Below are positions 1-9,889 of a stretch of 64,000 nucleotides of DNA, one piece after another (position 1 is the stretch's first letter; the number at the start of each line of letters is the position of its first letter). The position numbers and the translations under genes were made by a program. The notes under the pieces are model-generated. The model was not told where the DNA came from. It saw nothing but the letters and a program-made list of their open reading frames with translations, and made no database searches. This DNA comes from Clostridiales bacterium (lineage in GTDB: Bacteria > Bacillota > Clostridia > DUOD01), in contig DUOD01000003.1 in the NCBI GenBank assembly GCA_012838995.1, forward strand, positions 10,602-74,601, read 5' to 3'.

Positions 1-275
1 AACCGGCCATACTTATACTGGATGACAGTACCAGTGCGGTTGATATGGGTACCGAATCCAAGATACAAAAAAATCTGAAGAAAATACTTAAAACTACAAC
101 TTGCATAGTAATAGCCCAACGGATAAGTTCGGTTAGGGATGCTGATAAAATACTGGTTTTGGATGACGGTCAAATAGTAGATCAGGGCACCCACGACCAA
201 CTAATAAAAACCAGTGCTATTTACCGGGATATATATAGATCACAAATGGGGGAGGAGGCCCTAAGCAATGGTTAA
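1..275 (+). CDS. ABC exporter ATP-binding/permease subunit, 3' end (partial, gene starts upstream of window); NBD with degenerate catalytic site
   Basis: The frame-3 translation covers Walker B ILILDDSTSAVD and H-loop IAQRIS, then D-loop/C-terminal residues typical of a type I ABC exporter NBD. The ORF runs off the 5' edge of the window and overlaps the next ABC gene by 8 nt. Confidence 0.8.
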   Translation, partial: PAILILDDSTSAVDMGTESKIQKNLKKILKTTTCIVIAQRISSVRDADKILVLDDGQIVDQGTHDQLIKTSAIYRDIYRSQMGEEALSNG

Positions 276-2103
276 TGATAAAACGGACAGACAACATGGA
301 AAATCGGCGGGCGGGGTTGCCGGCGGCCATCGCCATGGGGCATTTGCCCCCGTTGCCAAGGCCAAGGACGCAAAGGGAACCCTAAAGCGGCTGTGGACAT
401 ATATGAGACGTAAAAGGGCTGTGTTAATACTGGTATTTTGCTTGGTTGCCTTGAGTACAGTTTTTACCTTGATAGGTCCCATGCTTATCGGATGGGCAAT
501 AGACTATTATATAGTTCCCCAAGACTTTAAAGGACTGGCAGGCATTTGCCTTATTATGTTAGCCGTTTTCGGTTTGGGTTCTCTGTCAACCTGGTTGCAA
601 AACCATTTTATGGTGGGTGCCGCCCAGGATATAGTAAAAGAAATAAGAAAGGATCTGTTTGATAAGCTTCAGCAGCTTCCCCTTAAATTTTTCGATACCA
701 GCGCCCGTGGCGATCTAATGAGCCGGTTAACCAATGACGTGGACAATATCAGTCAGGTATTGAATATGAGTACCACCCAGATATTTTCCAGTTTGGTTAC
801 CGTTGTAGGTACGTTGGTTATGATGATTATATTAAGTCCTATCTTAACATTGTTTACGGTGCTGATAATACCTATTATGCTACTCGCCACCGGCAAGATT
901 GCCAAGCGAACGCGAAAGAACTTTATGGAACAGCAACAGCGCTTGGGCGATTTAAACGGTTTTGTGGAAGAGGATATAACGGGCATGAGGGTTGTTAAGG
1001 TATTTGGACATGAGCAGGAAAGCCTGAAGGAGTTTACAAGGCGTAATAATTTATTAAGCGAGGTATCCATACGGGCCCAAATCTTTTCCGGAATAGTATT
1101 TCCCCTTATGAATGCACTAAATAATGTAGGCTTTGCAATTGTCGCCGGAATAGGAGGTTATTTAGCAGTAAAGGGCGTTATATCGGTTGGGATTATAGCG
1201 AGTTTTATTGCTTATTCCAAACAGTTTACCAGGCCGCTAAATGAGCTGGCCAACCAGTTCAACATGGTTCAATCGGGGTTGGCGGGGGCCGAGAGGGTGT
1301 TTGAAATAATGGATCAAGTTCCCGAGCCTGAAGATGAGCCCGGGGCTGTTGAACTTAAATATGTGGCGGGGGCGGTGAAGTTTAAGGATGTATATTTTTC
1401 CTATAAGGAAGGCGTACCCGTCCTCAAGAATATCAACTTTGATGTTAAACCCGGCCAGACAATAGCTCTGGTAGGCCCGACCGGTGCGGGCAAAACCACG
1501 GTAATTAATCTTTTAACCCGTTTTTATGATATAGACAGCGGTGCTATTACCATCGACGGTGTGGATATCAGAAATATCAAAAGAAAAAGCTTGAGGTCCA
1601 ATTTGGGAATAGTACTGCAGGATACCTACCTGTTTTCCGAGTCGGTAAGGGATAATATACGATACGGACGATTGGACGCCACCGACGACGAGGTGGAAAG
1701 GGCAGCCCGTCTGGCCAACGCCCATCATTTCATCAAAAGACTGCCAAAGGGTTATGATACCGTCTTAACCGATGAGGGCAGCAACCTGAGCCAGGGACAA
1801 AGACAGCTTTTATCCATTGCCCGGACCATCCTTGCAGATCCCGCCATATTGATACTGGACGAGGCCACCAGCAATGTGGATACCCGGACCGAGGTCCATA
1901 TCCAGGAGGCCATGCTCCAGCTCATGAAGGGCAGGACCAGTTTTGTTATTGCCCATCGCCTCAGTACCATAAGAAATGCCGATGTGATATTGGTTATAAG
2001 TGGCGGTGAAATCATTGAAAGGGGCAGCCACAAGGAATTGTTGGCCCAAAGGGGATTTTACTACAACCTGTATACCAGCCAGTTGAGGGGAGAGGGTGCG
2101 TAG
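268..2103 (+). CDS. ABC exporter ATP-binding/permease subunit (MsbA/LmrD-like half transporter, canonical NBD)
   Basis: 611 aa with an N-terminal 6-TM domain. The NBD has Walker A GPTGAGKTT, signature LSQGQRQL, Walker B ILILDEATS and H-loop IAHRLST. A GGAGGAGG RBS sits upstream and the gene is translationally coupled to the preceding ABC gene. Confidence 0.9.
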   Translation: MVNDKTDRQHGKSAGGVAGGHRHGAFAPVAKAKDAKGTLKRLWTYMRRKRAVLILVFCLVALSTVFTLIGPMLIGWAIDYYIVPQDFKGLAGICLIMLAVFGLGSLSTWLQNHFMVGAAQDIVKEIRKDLFDKLQQLPLKFFDTSARGDLMSRLTNDVDNISQVLNMSTTQIFSSLVTVVGTLVMMIILSPILTLFTVLIIPIMLLATGKIAKRTRKNFMEQQQRLGDLNGFVEEDITGMRVVKVFGHEQESLKEFTRRNNLLSEVSIRAQIFSGIVFPLMNALNNVGFAIVAGIGGYLAVKGVISVGIIASFIAYSKQFTRPLNELANQFNMVQSGLAGAERVFEIMDQVPEPEDEPGAVELKYVAGAVKFKDVYFSYKEGVPVLKNINFDVKPGQTIALVGPTGAGKTTVINLLTRFYDIDSGAITIDGVDIRNIKRKSLRSNLGIVLQDTYLFSESVRDNIRYGRLDATDDEVERAARLANAHHFIKRLPKGYDTVLTDEGSNLSQGQRQLLSIARTILADPAILILDEATSNVDTRTEVHIQEAMLQLMKGRTSFVIAHRLSTIRNADVILVISGGEIIERGSHKELLAQRGFYYNLYTSQLRGEGA

Positions 2104-2408
2104 CAGGTCGGTGGCAAAAACGTATTTGACAAGGATAGCTATACAGCCGCCAAATTCATAGGGTACGTGGCAAACCGTTAAGGTGGCAGTAAGATAAGGA
2201 CTAAATATGGGCAAATCCTATAACAGGACATAAACGCACAGCATATAATAAAACTGGGTGGCAAAAACCCAATAAAAAACCTTTACCGAATTATAATTAT
2301 TATAGATAAGTCATTTGTTGCGGGAACGGGCTTAAAGAAGGATTGTGCAGAAGTGTTTGGTGGGTGAGTTGATATAATAAATAGCCATGATACGAGGGGG
2401 ATTTATTG

Positions 2409-3278
2409 ATGGCGCTGGATGGAACGCTTAAAATGAAGGAAGGCATTGAGGGTGCAAGGCAATCGGTTTCATTGATGGCAATGGACGGACCGCTTCGGAC
2501 CGACGGAATTAAATGGCTGGTGGAAGTGCCTTTTGCCCACAGAGGCTTTCATACCGGTGACGGTATAATACCCGAAAATTCAACGGCCGCCTTTAAAAGG
2601 GCCATCGATTACGGTTATGCCATTGAACTGGATGTTCGTTTGTCCTCCGATGGTAAAGTGGTGGTTTTTCACGACAAAAGTTTATACAGAATGACCGGAA
2701 TAAGTAAATTTATTGACGATCTTACCTGGGAGGAAATTAAGCATATAAAGCTTCTTGGGTCAAGGTATACCATTCCTTTGTTGGAGCATGTGCTAAAGCT
2801 GGTTAACGGAAGGGTACCAATGCTGATAGAAGTAAAAAACAATGGCGTACCCGGCCCCCTGGAGCAGGCCCTTATTGATGTGCTCAGAGACTACAAAGGA
2901 CACTTTGCCGTCCAGTCCTTTAACCCCTTATCGCTGAGGTATTTTAAGCAAAATGCACCCCAAATAATAAGGGGACAGTTATCGGGCTCATTCAAAGGCG
3001 AGAACCTGATGTTTTTCAATAAATTTCTTTTAAGGTATCTTCTTTTGAACGGTTTAAGCAAACCCTCCTATGTGGCCTATGAAATAGGCTACTTTCCTAA
3101 ATGGTTGGCAAACCTCCAGCGGAGAATGGGCATTTATCTTTTAGGTTGGACTGCCAAATCCCCTAAGGATCATGAGAGGGCCAAAGGAATATATGATAAC
3201 GTAATCTTCGAAGGGTATATGGCTCAACCCTTTAAAAAGCCATTGTCCGTTGGAAAGGGTCCGGGCATCCTAAGTTGA
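2409..3278 (+). CDS. glycerophosphodiester phosphodiesterase family protein
   Basis: GDPD hallmarks are present: the AHRGF(H) motif, then NSTAAFKRAIDYGYAIELDVRLSSDGKVVVFHD. A GAGGGGGA RBS lies 8 nt upstream of ATG 2409, and the ORF could also begin at TTG 2406. Confidence 0.8.
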   Translation: MALDGTLKMKEGIEGARQSVSLMAMDGPLRTDGIKWLVEVPFAHRGFHTGDGIIPENSTAAFKRAIDYGYAIELDVRLSSDGKVVVFHDKSLYRMTGISKFIDDLTWEEIKHIKLLGSRYTIPLLEHVLKLVNGRVPMLIEVKNNGVPGPLEQALIDVLRDYKGHFAVQSFNPLSLRYFKQNAPQIIRGQLSGSFKGENLMFFNKFLLRYLLLNGLSKPSYVAYEIGYFPKWLANLQRRMGIYLLGWTAKSPKDHERAKGIYDNVIFEGYMAQPFKKPLSVGKGPGILS

Positions 3279-3323
3279 AGCACCATCCTTATAGGGACTA
3301 AGGTAAGGTGTGAGGCATTTTTG

Positions 3324-3749
3324 CTATTTGGTTAGCAGAATCAGACCTATTATACAAACGGCAATGCCGATGACCTGTCTGGCGGTTATGGTTTCCCTAT
3401 AAAGGAGCAGCCCGACAAAAATCAGTGCACAGGCAAGGCATATATTGGCCACCAGTGATGCTGTGCTGATTTTCCATCCGGCACGATAAACACAGATGTA
3501 GCCAAACTCCAGTGCAACAATGGAGAGACCGAGTACAATCGAAGTCCAGTTTAGCTTTGTAAATTCTGTACCTATGCTGTATCGCTGACCCTTTGCAAGA
3601 AACAATGTAAATGATATGACAGCCGCAGTAAGGTATGTTACCGTAAGGGATAAAAATACATTTGCGTTGTTTGGAGTTGACTTTGTACAAATGTTATAAA
3701 AAACGTTTGCAAACACGACCATTGCAATCGGCCAAATATAATTCCACAT
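3324..3749 (-). CDS. small DMT-superfamily (EamA-like) 4-TM membrane protein
   Basis: 141 aa with four hydrophobic helices and EamA-like half-domain character. A GGAGGAAGGG RBS lies immediately upstream of ATG 3749. Confidence 0.6.
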   Translation of the reverse strand: MWNYIWPIAMVVFANVFYNICTKSTPNNANVFLSLTVTYLTAAVISFTLFLAKGQRYSIGTEFTKLNWTSIVLGLSIVALEFGYICVYRAGWKISTASLVANICLACALIFVGLLLYRETITARQVIGIAVCIIGLILLTK

Positions 3750-3770
3750 TTCCCTTCCTCCATAAAAAAT

Positions 3771-3810
3771 AGAGATTGCCGCAATGACTGGGCAATCTCA
3801 AGGCAATCTG
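3771..3810 (-). promoter_or_regulatory. 5'-leader hairpin (9-bp perfect inverted repeat GAGATTGCC-N10-GGCAATCTC) followed by a U-tract, directly upstream of the RBS of the DMT gene; attenuator-like
   Basis: Read on the - strand the sequence is AGATTGCC-ttg-AGATTGCCcagtcattgcGGCAATCTCtatttttt, followed by ATGGAGGAAGGG and the ATG. A third copy of AGATTGCC lies just upstream and could pair alternatively with the 3' arm. Confidence 0.4.
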
Positions 3811-3831
3811 TTTTGATTTCTCACAAAAAAT

Positions 3832-3860
3832 ATCATAACATAAAGAACTATACTTTTCAA
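3832..3860 (-). promoter_or_regulatory. sigma-A type promoter for the small DMT gene (-35 TTGAAA, 17-bp spacer, extended -10 TGtTATGAT)
   Basis: Reverse complement of 3832..3860 reads TTGAAAagtatagttctttatgtTATGAT. The hexamers are near-consensus and the spacer is 17 bp. Confidence 0.45.
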
Positions 3861-4059
3861 TTATAAGGCCGGTTTTAAAAAAATTACCGGGACAATTTTT
3901 TATAGCGCAAAAAAGTTAGCAAGTGCAATACTTCATGACTCCCAATTTTTGTCGATATTTATCCTGTTATTTATTTGAATTGGGTGATATGATAGTTGAG
4001 CGGTGAGTTAATTGAGTGATAAGATATAAGTAACAAATACCCGAAAGGAGAATAGATCA

Positions 4060-4533
4060 TTGGCCAGACCTACCAAGTGGAGACGGGTAGAATTTATACC
4101 CAACTTTTCGTATTTCGTACCCTCGGATTTGGCCGGAGGGAAAATACAGGAAAATATCATAAAAATAGAAGAAGCGGAGGCCCTGCGCCTAAAGGATCTT
4201 GAAGGTCTTGAGCAAGAAGACTGTGCCGCAAAGATGGAAATTTCACGACAGACCTTCCAGCGTATATTAAACAGTGCCCGTAGAAAGGTGGCTGACAGTA
4301 TCATTAACGGCAAGGCCATTAGAATAGAAGGGGGTACCTATACAAGAAATATCTGCCCCGTGAAATGCCTAAGTTGCGGTAAGGAATGGAAGGAAAGCTT
4401 CGAAAACTTTGAAAAAATCTTAGAGGGTAATTACAATTGTCCAAACTGCCATTCAAAAAGAATTGTATGTGCCCGAAATGATAAAAAAAGGTTTTGCAGG
4501 CGTAATTGCTGGCGGCACGGCAGAAACTTTTAA
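4060..4533 (+). CDS. DUF134 (UPF0251) putative DNA-binding protein fused to a C-terminal Cys4 zinc-ribbon
   Basis: Start is TTG 4060 with a GAAAGGAG RBS 8 nt upstream. The N-terminal ~95 aa match the DUF134 pattern (MARPTKWRRV...LEALRL.DLEGL.QEE.A.KM.ISRQTF.RIL..ARRKVAD.I.NGKAIRIEGG). The C-terminal 60 aa carry CPVKC...CGKEW...CPNCHSKR. Confidence 0.75.
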   Translation: MARPTKWRRVEFIPNFSYFVPSDLAGGKIQENIIKIEEAEALRLKDLEGLEQEDCAAKMEISRQTFQRILNSARRKVADSIINGKAIRIEGGTYTRNICPVKCLSCGKEWKESFENFEKILEGNYNCPNCHSKRIVCARNDKKRFCRRNCWRHGRNF

Positions 4534-4592
4534 GCGGAAGGGAGACCATCCAACTTAAAATTGGTGGCCTCTCACCCTTGTTTACATTGTAG

Positions 4593-5681
4593 CTAAACAT
4601 TAAATCTGAAGCTTATGATATCCCCGTCCTGGACAATATAATCCTTACCTTCTACGGATAACAATCCCATCTCCTTAACCTTGCCCATAGAACCCAGTTC
4701 CTTTAGATCATCAAACTTACACACCTCTGCCCTAATAAAACCCCTTTCTATATCCGAATGTACCTTGCCGGCTGCCTTCTTTGCCGTGGTATTGCGTTTT
4801 ATGGTCCACGCCTTGACCTCGTCCTGTCCGGTGGTTAAAAAAGATATCAATCCTAAATGCTCGTAGGCGGTTTTTGCCAAGCGGTCTATTCCCGATTCTG
4901 ATATACCTAGGTCTTCCAGGAAGGCCTGCCTGTCCTCAGGGTCCAGCTGGGCTATTTCCAGCTCGGATTTAACACACAGTTCAATTAGGGGTGTGTTGAC
5001 CTTCCGGCTGTATTCCATAAGGCTGTCCCTGGACGGGTAGTCCTTGGTAATTAACTGTTGTTCATCCAAATTAGCCACCAGTATTATTGGCTTTTCCGAC
5101 AGAAATTCGAAGGTTTTAAGATGACGCTTTTCTTCGTCGTCCAGCTCAAGGTTGTGTATTAACAGACCCTGTTCCAACCCGGCCTTGCATTTTTTCAGCA
5201 CTTCCAATTCTGAGAGGTTTTCCTTGGTGACCTTTTTAGCTGTTTCTATCCTTTTTATGCGGTTGTCTATAACTCCAAGGTCTGCAAAGAGAAGCTCCAT
5301 GTTAACGGTTTCTATATCCCTCATGGGATCTATACTGCCGTCTACATGGGGGACGTTATCATCCTCAAAGACTCTGAGTACATGTACCAGGGCATCCACT
5401 TTCCTTATTGTATCCAGAAATTGATTGCCTACTCCCTTTCCTGTACTGGAACCGCTAACAAGACCGGGAACATCTATTGTTTCTATGGTGGCATAAGTGG
5501 TTTTTTTCGGTTTATATAGTTTGCTTAAAAAATCTATTCTACTATCGGGTATTTTACATATGCCGATATTAGCATCGATTTTTGCCACCGAAAATTCCGA
5601 CACGGCAACATCCGAGCCCGTTAAAAGGTTAAACAGGGTTGTTTTTCCCACAGAGGGTAGCCCGACTATTCCTATTTTCAT
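4593..5681 (-). CDS. ychF: ribosome-binding ATPase YchF (Obg-family GTPase/ATPase)
   Basis: Begins MKIGIVGLPSVGKTTLFNLLTG with a G1 P-loop, followed by a coiled-coil region and a C-terminal TGS domain (DIERGFIRAEV). The ORF track extends 4 codons further, to TTG 5693. Confidence 0.9.
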   Translation of the reverse strand: MKIGIVGLPSVGKTTLFNLLTGSDVAVSEFSVAKIDANIGICKIPDSRIDFLSKLYKPKKTTYATIETIDVPGLVSGSSTGKGVGNQFLDTIRKVDALVHVLRVFEDDNVPHVDGSIDPMRDIETVNMELLFADLGVIDNRIKRIETAKKVTKENLSELEVLKKCKAGLEQGLLIHNLELDDEEKRHLKTFEFLSEKPIILVANLDEQQLITKDYPSRDSLMEYSRKVNTPLIELCVKSELEIAQLDPEDRQAFLEDLGISESGIDRLAKTAYEHLGLISFLTTGQDEVKAWTIKRNTTAKKAAGKVHSDIERGFIRAEVCKFDDLKELGSMGKVKEMGLLSVEGKDYIVQDGDIISFRFNV

Positions 5682-5871
5682 TTTTGATAACAAGACGGCG
5701 TGTCTTGTATTTCAACTCCTTTCTTTATATGTATTCCATTGTATTACCATTTAAAATTATAGCAATCAACGAATGGCCGTGTAAAGGGTTGAGTATTGTT
5801 GTTGGCCATAATATAATAAACAAAAGAGCGCCGGAAGTATTAATATTTTTATAATATAAAGGAAGGCTGTA

Positions 5872-6378
5872 ATGAATACTATTTACTATAGGCCCTTTGA
5901 AAGCCTTATAGGCAGGTTGATCCTGGCATGGACGTCCAAGGGTATATGCAGGCTAGTGCTGCCGGGATATGGCCTGGACTCCCTTGATGCCTGGGCTGCA
6001 CGGTATATAAGGGAATATAGGTTAATGGCTTATCACGATCAATACGAAGGAGTAACCCAACTTGAGGAATATTTCCAAGGAAAGAGGCGTTATTTTGAAT
6101 GTCCGCTGGACCTTTACGGACCTGGCTTTTCCAAGAAAGTATGGAGGGCGGTGTCTACCGTGGCCTATGGTACAACCGCCACCTATAAAGATATAGCCGT
6201 AGCAGTCGGTAAACCGTCGGCCTGTAGGGCTGTGGGAAATGCAAACAGAAAAAATCCGGTGCCCATAATTATCCCGTGCCATAGGATTATAGGAAGCGAC
6301 AACAGTCTTACGGGCTATGCAGGGGGTTTACATATAAAAAAGGCATTATTGGATTTAGAAAAAATCACAAAAATATAA
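5872..6378 (+). CDS. ogt: methylated-DNA--protein-cysteine methyltransferase
   Basis: Active-site motif IPCHRIIGS and the C-terminal DNA-binding domain are present. A GGAAGG RBS lies upstream. Confidence 0.85.
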   Translation: MNTIYYRPFESLIGRLILAWTSKGICRLVLPGYGLDSLDAWAARYIREYRLMAYHDQYEGVTQLEEYFQGKRRYFECPLDLYGPGFSKKVWRAVSTVAYGTTATYKDIAVAVGKPSACRAVGNANRKNPVPIIIPCHRIIGSDNSLTGYAGGLHIKKALLDLEKITKI

Positions 6379-6628
6379 AAGATTTATTTGAAAACCATGT
6401 TAAATATAATCTTGAAACGGGTATATAAATATGATAATATCTATTGTGAATATGCGGATATATGCGTATTAACCAATGGATATACAAAACCATTGGTTAT
6501 ATATTATTAGGAACATTATCCGGCATTTCGCTCTCTGGGGTTTATAGATAGGTTGAGCGATCTGTGATATAATGTAATGAGCATATTTTATACAAAAGTA
6601 AAAGTAATAGTAAACAAGGAGGACCATG

Positions 6629-7927
6629 ATGAGTTCAAAGTTACAGTCACTGGAGAATAATACTGCAATTTTGGAAATAGAAGTGGATGCTGAGAAATTT
6701 GCAGAAGGCATGCAAAAATCCTATTTAAAAAACAGGAGCAAGTTTAATATACCCGGTTTCAGAAAGGGCAGAGCGCCTAAAAAGCTGGTGGAAGCCTATT
6801 ACGGCGAGGCCGTCTTTTATGAAGATGCCATAAAATATGTATATCCTGAGTCGTACCAACAGGCCATAGAAGAACACGGCCTGGAGCCGGTGGATCAACC
6901 GGAAATAGAGATAGAAAGCATCGGCCAGGGTCAAAGCCTGGTTTACAAGGCTAAAGTTGTGGTAAAACCCGATGTGCAATTGGGCCAGTACAAAGGCATA
7001 GAAGCGGAAAGAGTAGTATATGGTGTCAACGACAAGGATGTCGATGAGGAACTGGAAAATATCAGGCAAAGAAATGCAAGGCTTGTAACCGTCGAAGACA
7101 GGGCGGTGGAGAAGGGTGACGTTGTCACCATTGATTACAAAGGTTTTATCGAAGGCGAGGAGTTTGAAGGCGGCACAGCGGAAAACCAAAACCTGGAGAT
7201 AGGTTCCAATCGTTTTGTACCGGGTTTTGAAGAGCAGCTGATAGGTGCTAAAATTGGTGACCAGAGGGATGTAAAGGTTACCTTTCCCGAGGACTACTTT
7301 GCAAAGGAACTGGCCGGAAAAGAAGCCGTTTTTGAAGTTAAGGTAAACGAAATTAAAATGAAGGAATTACCCGAACTGGATGATGAATTCGCGAAGGATG
7401 TAAGCGAATATGATACCCTTGATGAGTATAAGAAACATATAAGGGAAAAATTAGAAGAAAATGCGCAAAGCAGGACGAATTTTGAATATGAAAACAAAGT
7501 TGTCGAACAAGTAACTAAAAATGCCAAGGTTGATATTCCTGAGGTTATGGTCGAAAGGCAGATAGACATTATTATGCGGGATTTTAGCATGAGACTTATG
7601 TATCAGGGTATCACCCTTGATAAGTATCTCGAGCATATAGGCACATCTATGGAGGACTTTAGGGCACAATATAAAGATGAGGCATATAATAGAGTAAAGA
7701 CACAGCTGGTACTAGAAAAAATTGCAAAGGTAGAAAATATTCAACCAAGCGATGAAGACGTGGAAGAAGAAATAAAAAAACTTGCCGAGCAGTACCAGAA
7801 GGATCCTGAGGAGTTCAAGAAAACTCTTCAGGAGCAAGATTACGAGCATATAAAAGATGGCATAAGAGTACAAAAAACCATCGACCTAATTGTTAATGAG
7901 AGCAAGCCTATTTTAAAAGGAGAATAA
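6629..7927 (+). CDS. tig: trigger factor (ribosome-associated PPIase chaperone)
   Basis: The N-terminal ribosome-binding motif GFRKGRAP, a central FKBP domain and an acidic C-terminal arm are present. An AAGGAGGA RBS lies upstream. Synteny is tig-clpP-clpX. Confidence 0.95.
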   Translation: MSSKLQSLENNTAILEIEVDAEKFAEGMQKSYLKNRSKFNIPGFRKGRAPKKLVEAYYGEAVFYEDAIKYVYPESYQQAIEEHGLEPVDQPEIEIESIGQGQSLVYKAKVVVKPDVQLGQYKGIEAERVVYGVNDKDVDEELENIRQRNARLVTVEDRAVEKGDVVTIDYKGFIEGEEFEGGTAENQNLEIGSNRFVPGFEEQLIGAKIGDQRDVKVTFPEDYFAKELAGKEAVFEVKVNEIKMKELPELDDEFAKDVSEYDTLDEYKKHIREKLEENAQSRTNFEYENKVVEQVTKNAKVDIPEVMVERQIDIIMRDFSMRLMYQGITLDKYLEHIGTSMEDFRAQYKDEAYNRVKTQLVLEKIAKVENIQPSDEDVEEEIKKLAEQYQKDPEEFKKTLQEQDYEHIKDGIRVQKTIDLIVNESKPILKGE

Positions 7928-7943
7928 TCGGAGGTGGTTGATT

Positions 7944-8528
7944 ATGAACCTAGTTCCTATGGTGGTAGAACAGACCAATAGAGGGGAACGTTCCTATGAC
8001 ATTTACTCGAGGCTATTGAAGGAACGTATAGTATTCTTGGGCACGGAAATAACCGATGTTAATGCCAGTTTAATAGTCGCCCAGTTGCTGTTCTTAGAGG
8101 CGGAAGATCCTGACAAGGATATACATCTATATATAAACAGCCCCGGAGGTTCGGTTACTGCCGGACTGGCCATATACGATACCATGCAGTATATAAAACC
8201 GGATGTATCAACCATCTGTATGGGTATGGCGGCCTCCATGGGTGCATTTCTGTTGGCATCCGGAGCAAAGGGCAAGAGATTTGCACTTCCCAATAGCGAA
8301 ATAATGTTACACCAGCCCATGGGCGGCGCAAGGGGTCAAGCCACGGATGTGGCCATCCATGCGGAACATATATTAAAGGTTAAAAAAAGACTCAATAAAA
8401 TTTTGAGCGAAAGGACCGGCCAACCGCTGGAGAGGATAGAAAAGGATACCGACAGAGATTTTTTTATGTCGGCCGAGTCTGCTAAAGAATATGGTATTGT
8501 GGATGATGTGATAACATACAGAAAATAA
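7944..8528 (+). CDS. clpP: ATP-dependent Clp protease proteolytic subunit
   Basis: Begins [24 protein letters not shown]. The catalytic Ser is in the GMAASMGA context and the His/Asp triad region is present. A GGAGGTGG RBS lies 6 nt upstream. Confidence 0.95.
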   Translation: MNLVPMVVEQTNRGERSYDIYSRLLKERIVFLGTEITDVNASLIVAQLLFLEAEDPDKDIHLYINSPGGSVTAGLAIYDTMQYIKPDVSTICMGMAASMGAFLLASGAKGKRFALPNSEIMLHQPMGGARGQATDVAIHAEHILKVKKRLNKILSERTGQPLERIEKDTDRDFFMSAESAKEYGIVDDVITYRK

Positions 8529-8550
8529 TCCTTAGTTTTGAGGTGAAACA

Positions 8551-9837
8551 ATGTCGAGATATGATGAAAAAAAGCAGCTCAAATGTTCTTTCTGTGGGAA
8601 AACCCAGGATCAGGTAAGACGTTTGGTTGCTGGACCTGGCGTGTATATATGCGATGAATGCATAGAACTATGCCAGGAGATTATTGAGGAAGAGTTCGAA
8701 GATACTTCTGAACTTGAATTGAAGGATATACCCAAACCAATAGAAATAAAGAATATATTAGACCAGTATGTAATAGGACAAGAACTGGCCAAAAAATCAT
8801 TGGCGGTTGCCGTATACAATCATTACAAGAGAATAAACAGCGATGCAAAAAACGATGATGTTGAACTGCAAAAAAGCAATATAATAATGCTAGGTCCTAC
8901 GGGTTCGGGTAAGACTCTGCTGGCTCAAACCCTGGCAAAGATTTTAAACGTTCCCTTTGCCATAGCAGACGCTACTTCCCTAACCGAAGCAGGATATGTC
9001 GGAGAAGACGTTGAAAATATTCTCTTAAAGCTCATACAGGCAGCCGATTACGACGTAGAGAAGGCAGAAAAGGGTATTATCTACATCGATGAAATAGATA
9101 AAATAGCCAGGAAATCGGAAAACCCCTCCATTACCCGGGATGTATCGGGTGAAGGGGTGCAGCAGGCTTTGCTGAAGATCCTGGAGGGCACCGTTGCGAG
9201 TGTACCGCCCCAGGGTGGAAGAAAGCACCCCCATCAGGAGTTTATACAGATAGATACTACTAATATTCTGTTTATATGCGGCGGGGCTTTTGACGGGATC
9301 GATAAAATAATACAGGCCAGAACGGGCAAGAAGTCCATGGGTTTTGGTGCCGAGGTGACAAGCAGAAAAGATGTTCCTATCGGTGAAATATTGGCTAATA
9401 TTTTACCGGAAGACTTGTTGAAATACGGTTTAATACCGGAGTTTGTGGGAAGATTACCCATCATAGTCACCTTGAATTCCCTGGATGAGGATGCCCTTAT
9501 TAAAATACTTAAAGAGCCCAGAAATGCCCAGGTTAAACAATATCAGAAGTTGTTTGAAATGGACGGCGTAACCTTGGAATTTGAGGAAGACGCCTTAAGG
9601 GCAATAGCTCGAAAGGCCATAGAACGCAAAACCGGGGCAAGGGGTTTAAGATCAATTTTAGAAGAGACCATGTTAAATGTAATGTATGATATCCCTTCCA
9701 GGGACGACATAGAAAAATGCATTGTCACAAAGGAAACAATCGAAACCAATAGCGATCCCATACTGATAATATCAGACAGTCAAAAGCCTAAGAAAGGCGC
9801 AAAAAAGCAAAAATCAAAGCGTGAATCAGCTTCTTAA
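8551..9837 (+). CDS. clpX: ATP-dependent Clp protease ATP-binding subunit ClpX
   Basis: An N-terminal C4 zinc finger (CSFCGK...CDEC) is present, followed by Walker A GPTGSGKT and the GYVG pore loop. Confidence 0.95.
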   Translation: MSRYDEKKQLKCSFCGKTQDQVRRLVAGPGVYICDECIELCQEIIEEEFEDTSELELKDIPKPIEIKNILDQYVIGQELAKKSLAVAVYNHYKRINSDAKNDDVELQKSNIIMLGPTGSGKTLLAQTLAKILNVPFAIADATSLTEAGYVGEDVENILLKLIQAADYDVEKAEKGIIYIDEIDKIARKSENPSITRDVSGEGVQQALLKILEGTVASVPPQGGRKHPHQEFIQIDTTNILFICGGAFDGIDKIIQARTGKKSMGFGAEVTSRKDVPIGEILANILPEDLLKYGLIPEFVGRLPIIVTLNSLDEDALIKILKEPRNAQVKQYQKLFEMDGVTLEFEEDALRAIARKAIERKTGARGLRSILEETMLNVMYDIPSRDDIEKCIVTKETIETNSDPILIISDSQKPKKGAKKQKSKRESAS

Positions 9838-9863
9838 AACCGGATTTTATCCGGTTTTTTCTA
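9837..9863 (+). terminator. rho-independent terminator after clpX
   Basis: Sequence AAACCGGAT-ttt-ATCCGGTTT followed by TTTTC. Confidence 0.7.
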
Positions 9864-9889
9864 TAGTGAGCTTCACTATTCATTGCCTC

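Noticed and set aside
3871-3905. A CCGGT-N13-ACCGG hairpin plus TTTTTT on the + strand, as a possible terminator.
   Set aside because: It has only a 5-bp stem with a long AT loop. There is no upstream + strand gene to terminate. It lies upstream of the - strand promoter and is likely incidental.
5682-5735. The YchF start region. The ACAAGAC-ggcg-GTCTTGT hairpin lies between a GAAAGGAG SD-like sequence and the start codon.
   Set aside because: It is noted as odd, because the SD is ~30-37 nt from either candidate start. It cannot be distinguished from a coincidental hairpin, and the gene call itself is not affected.
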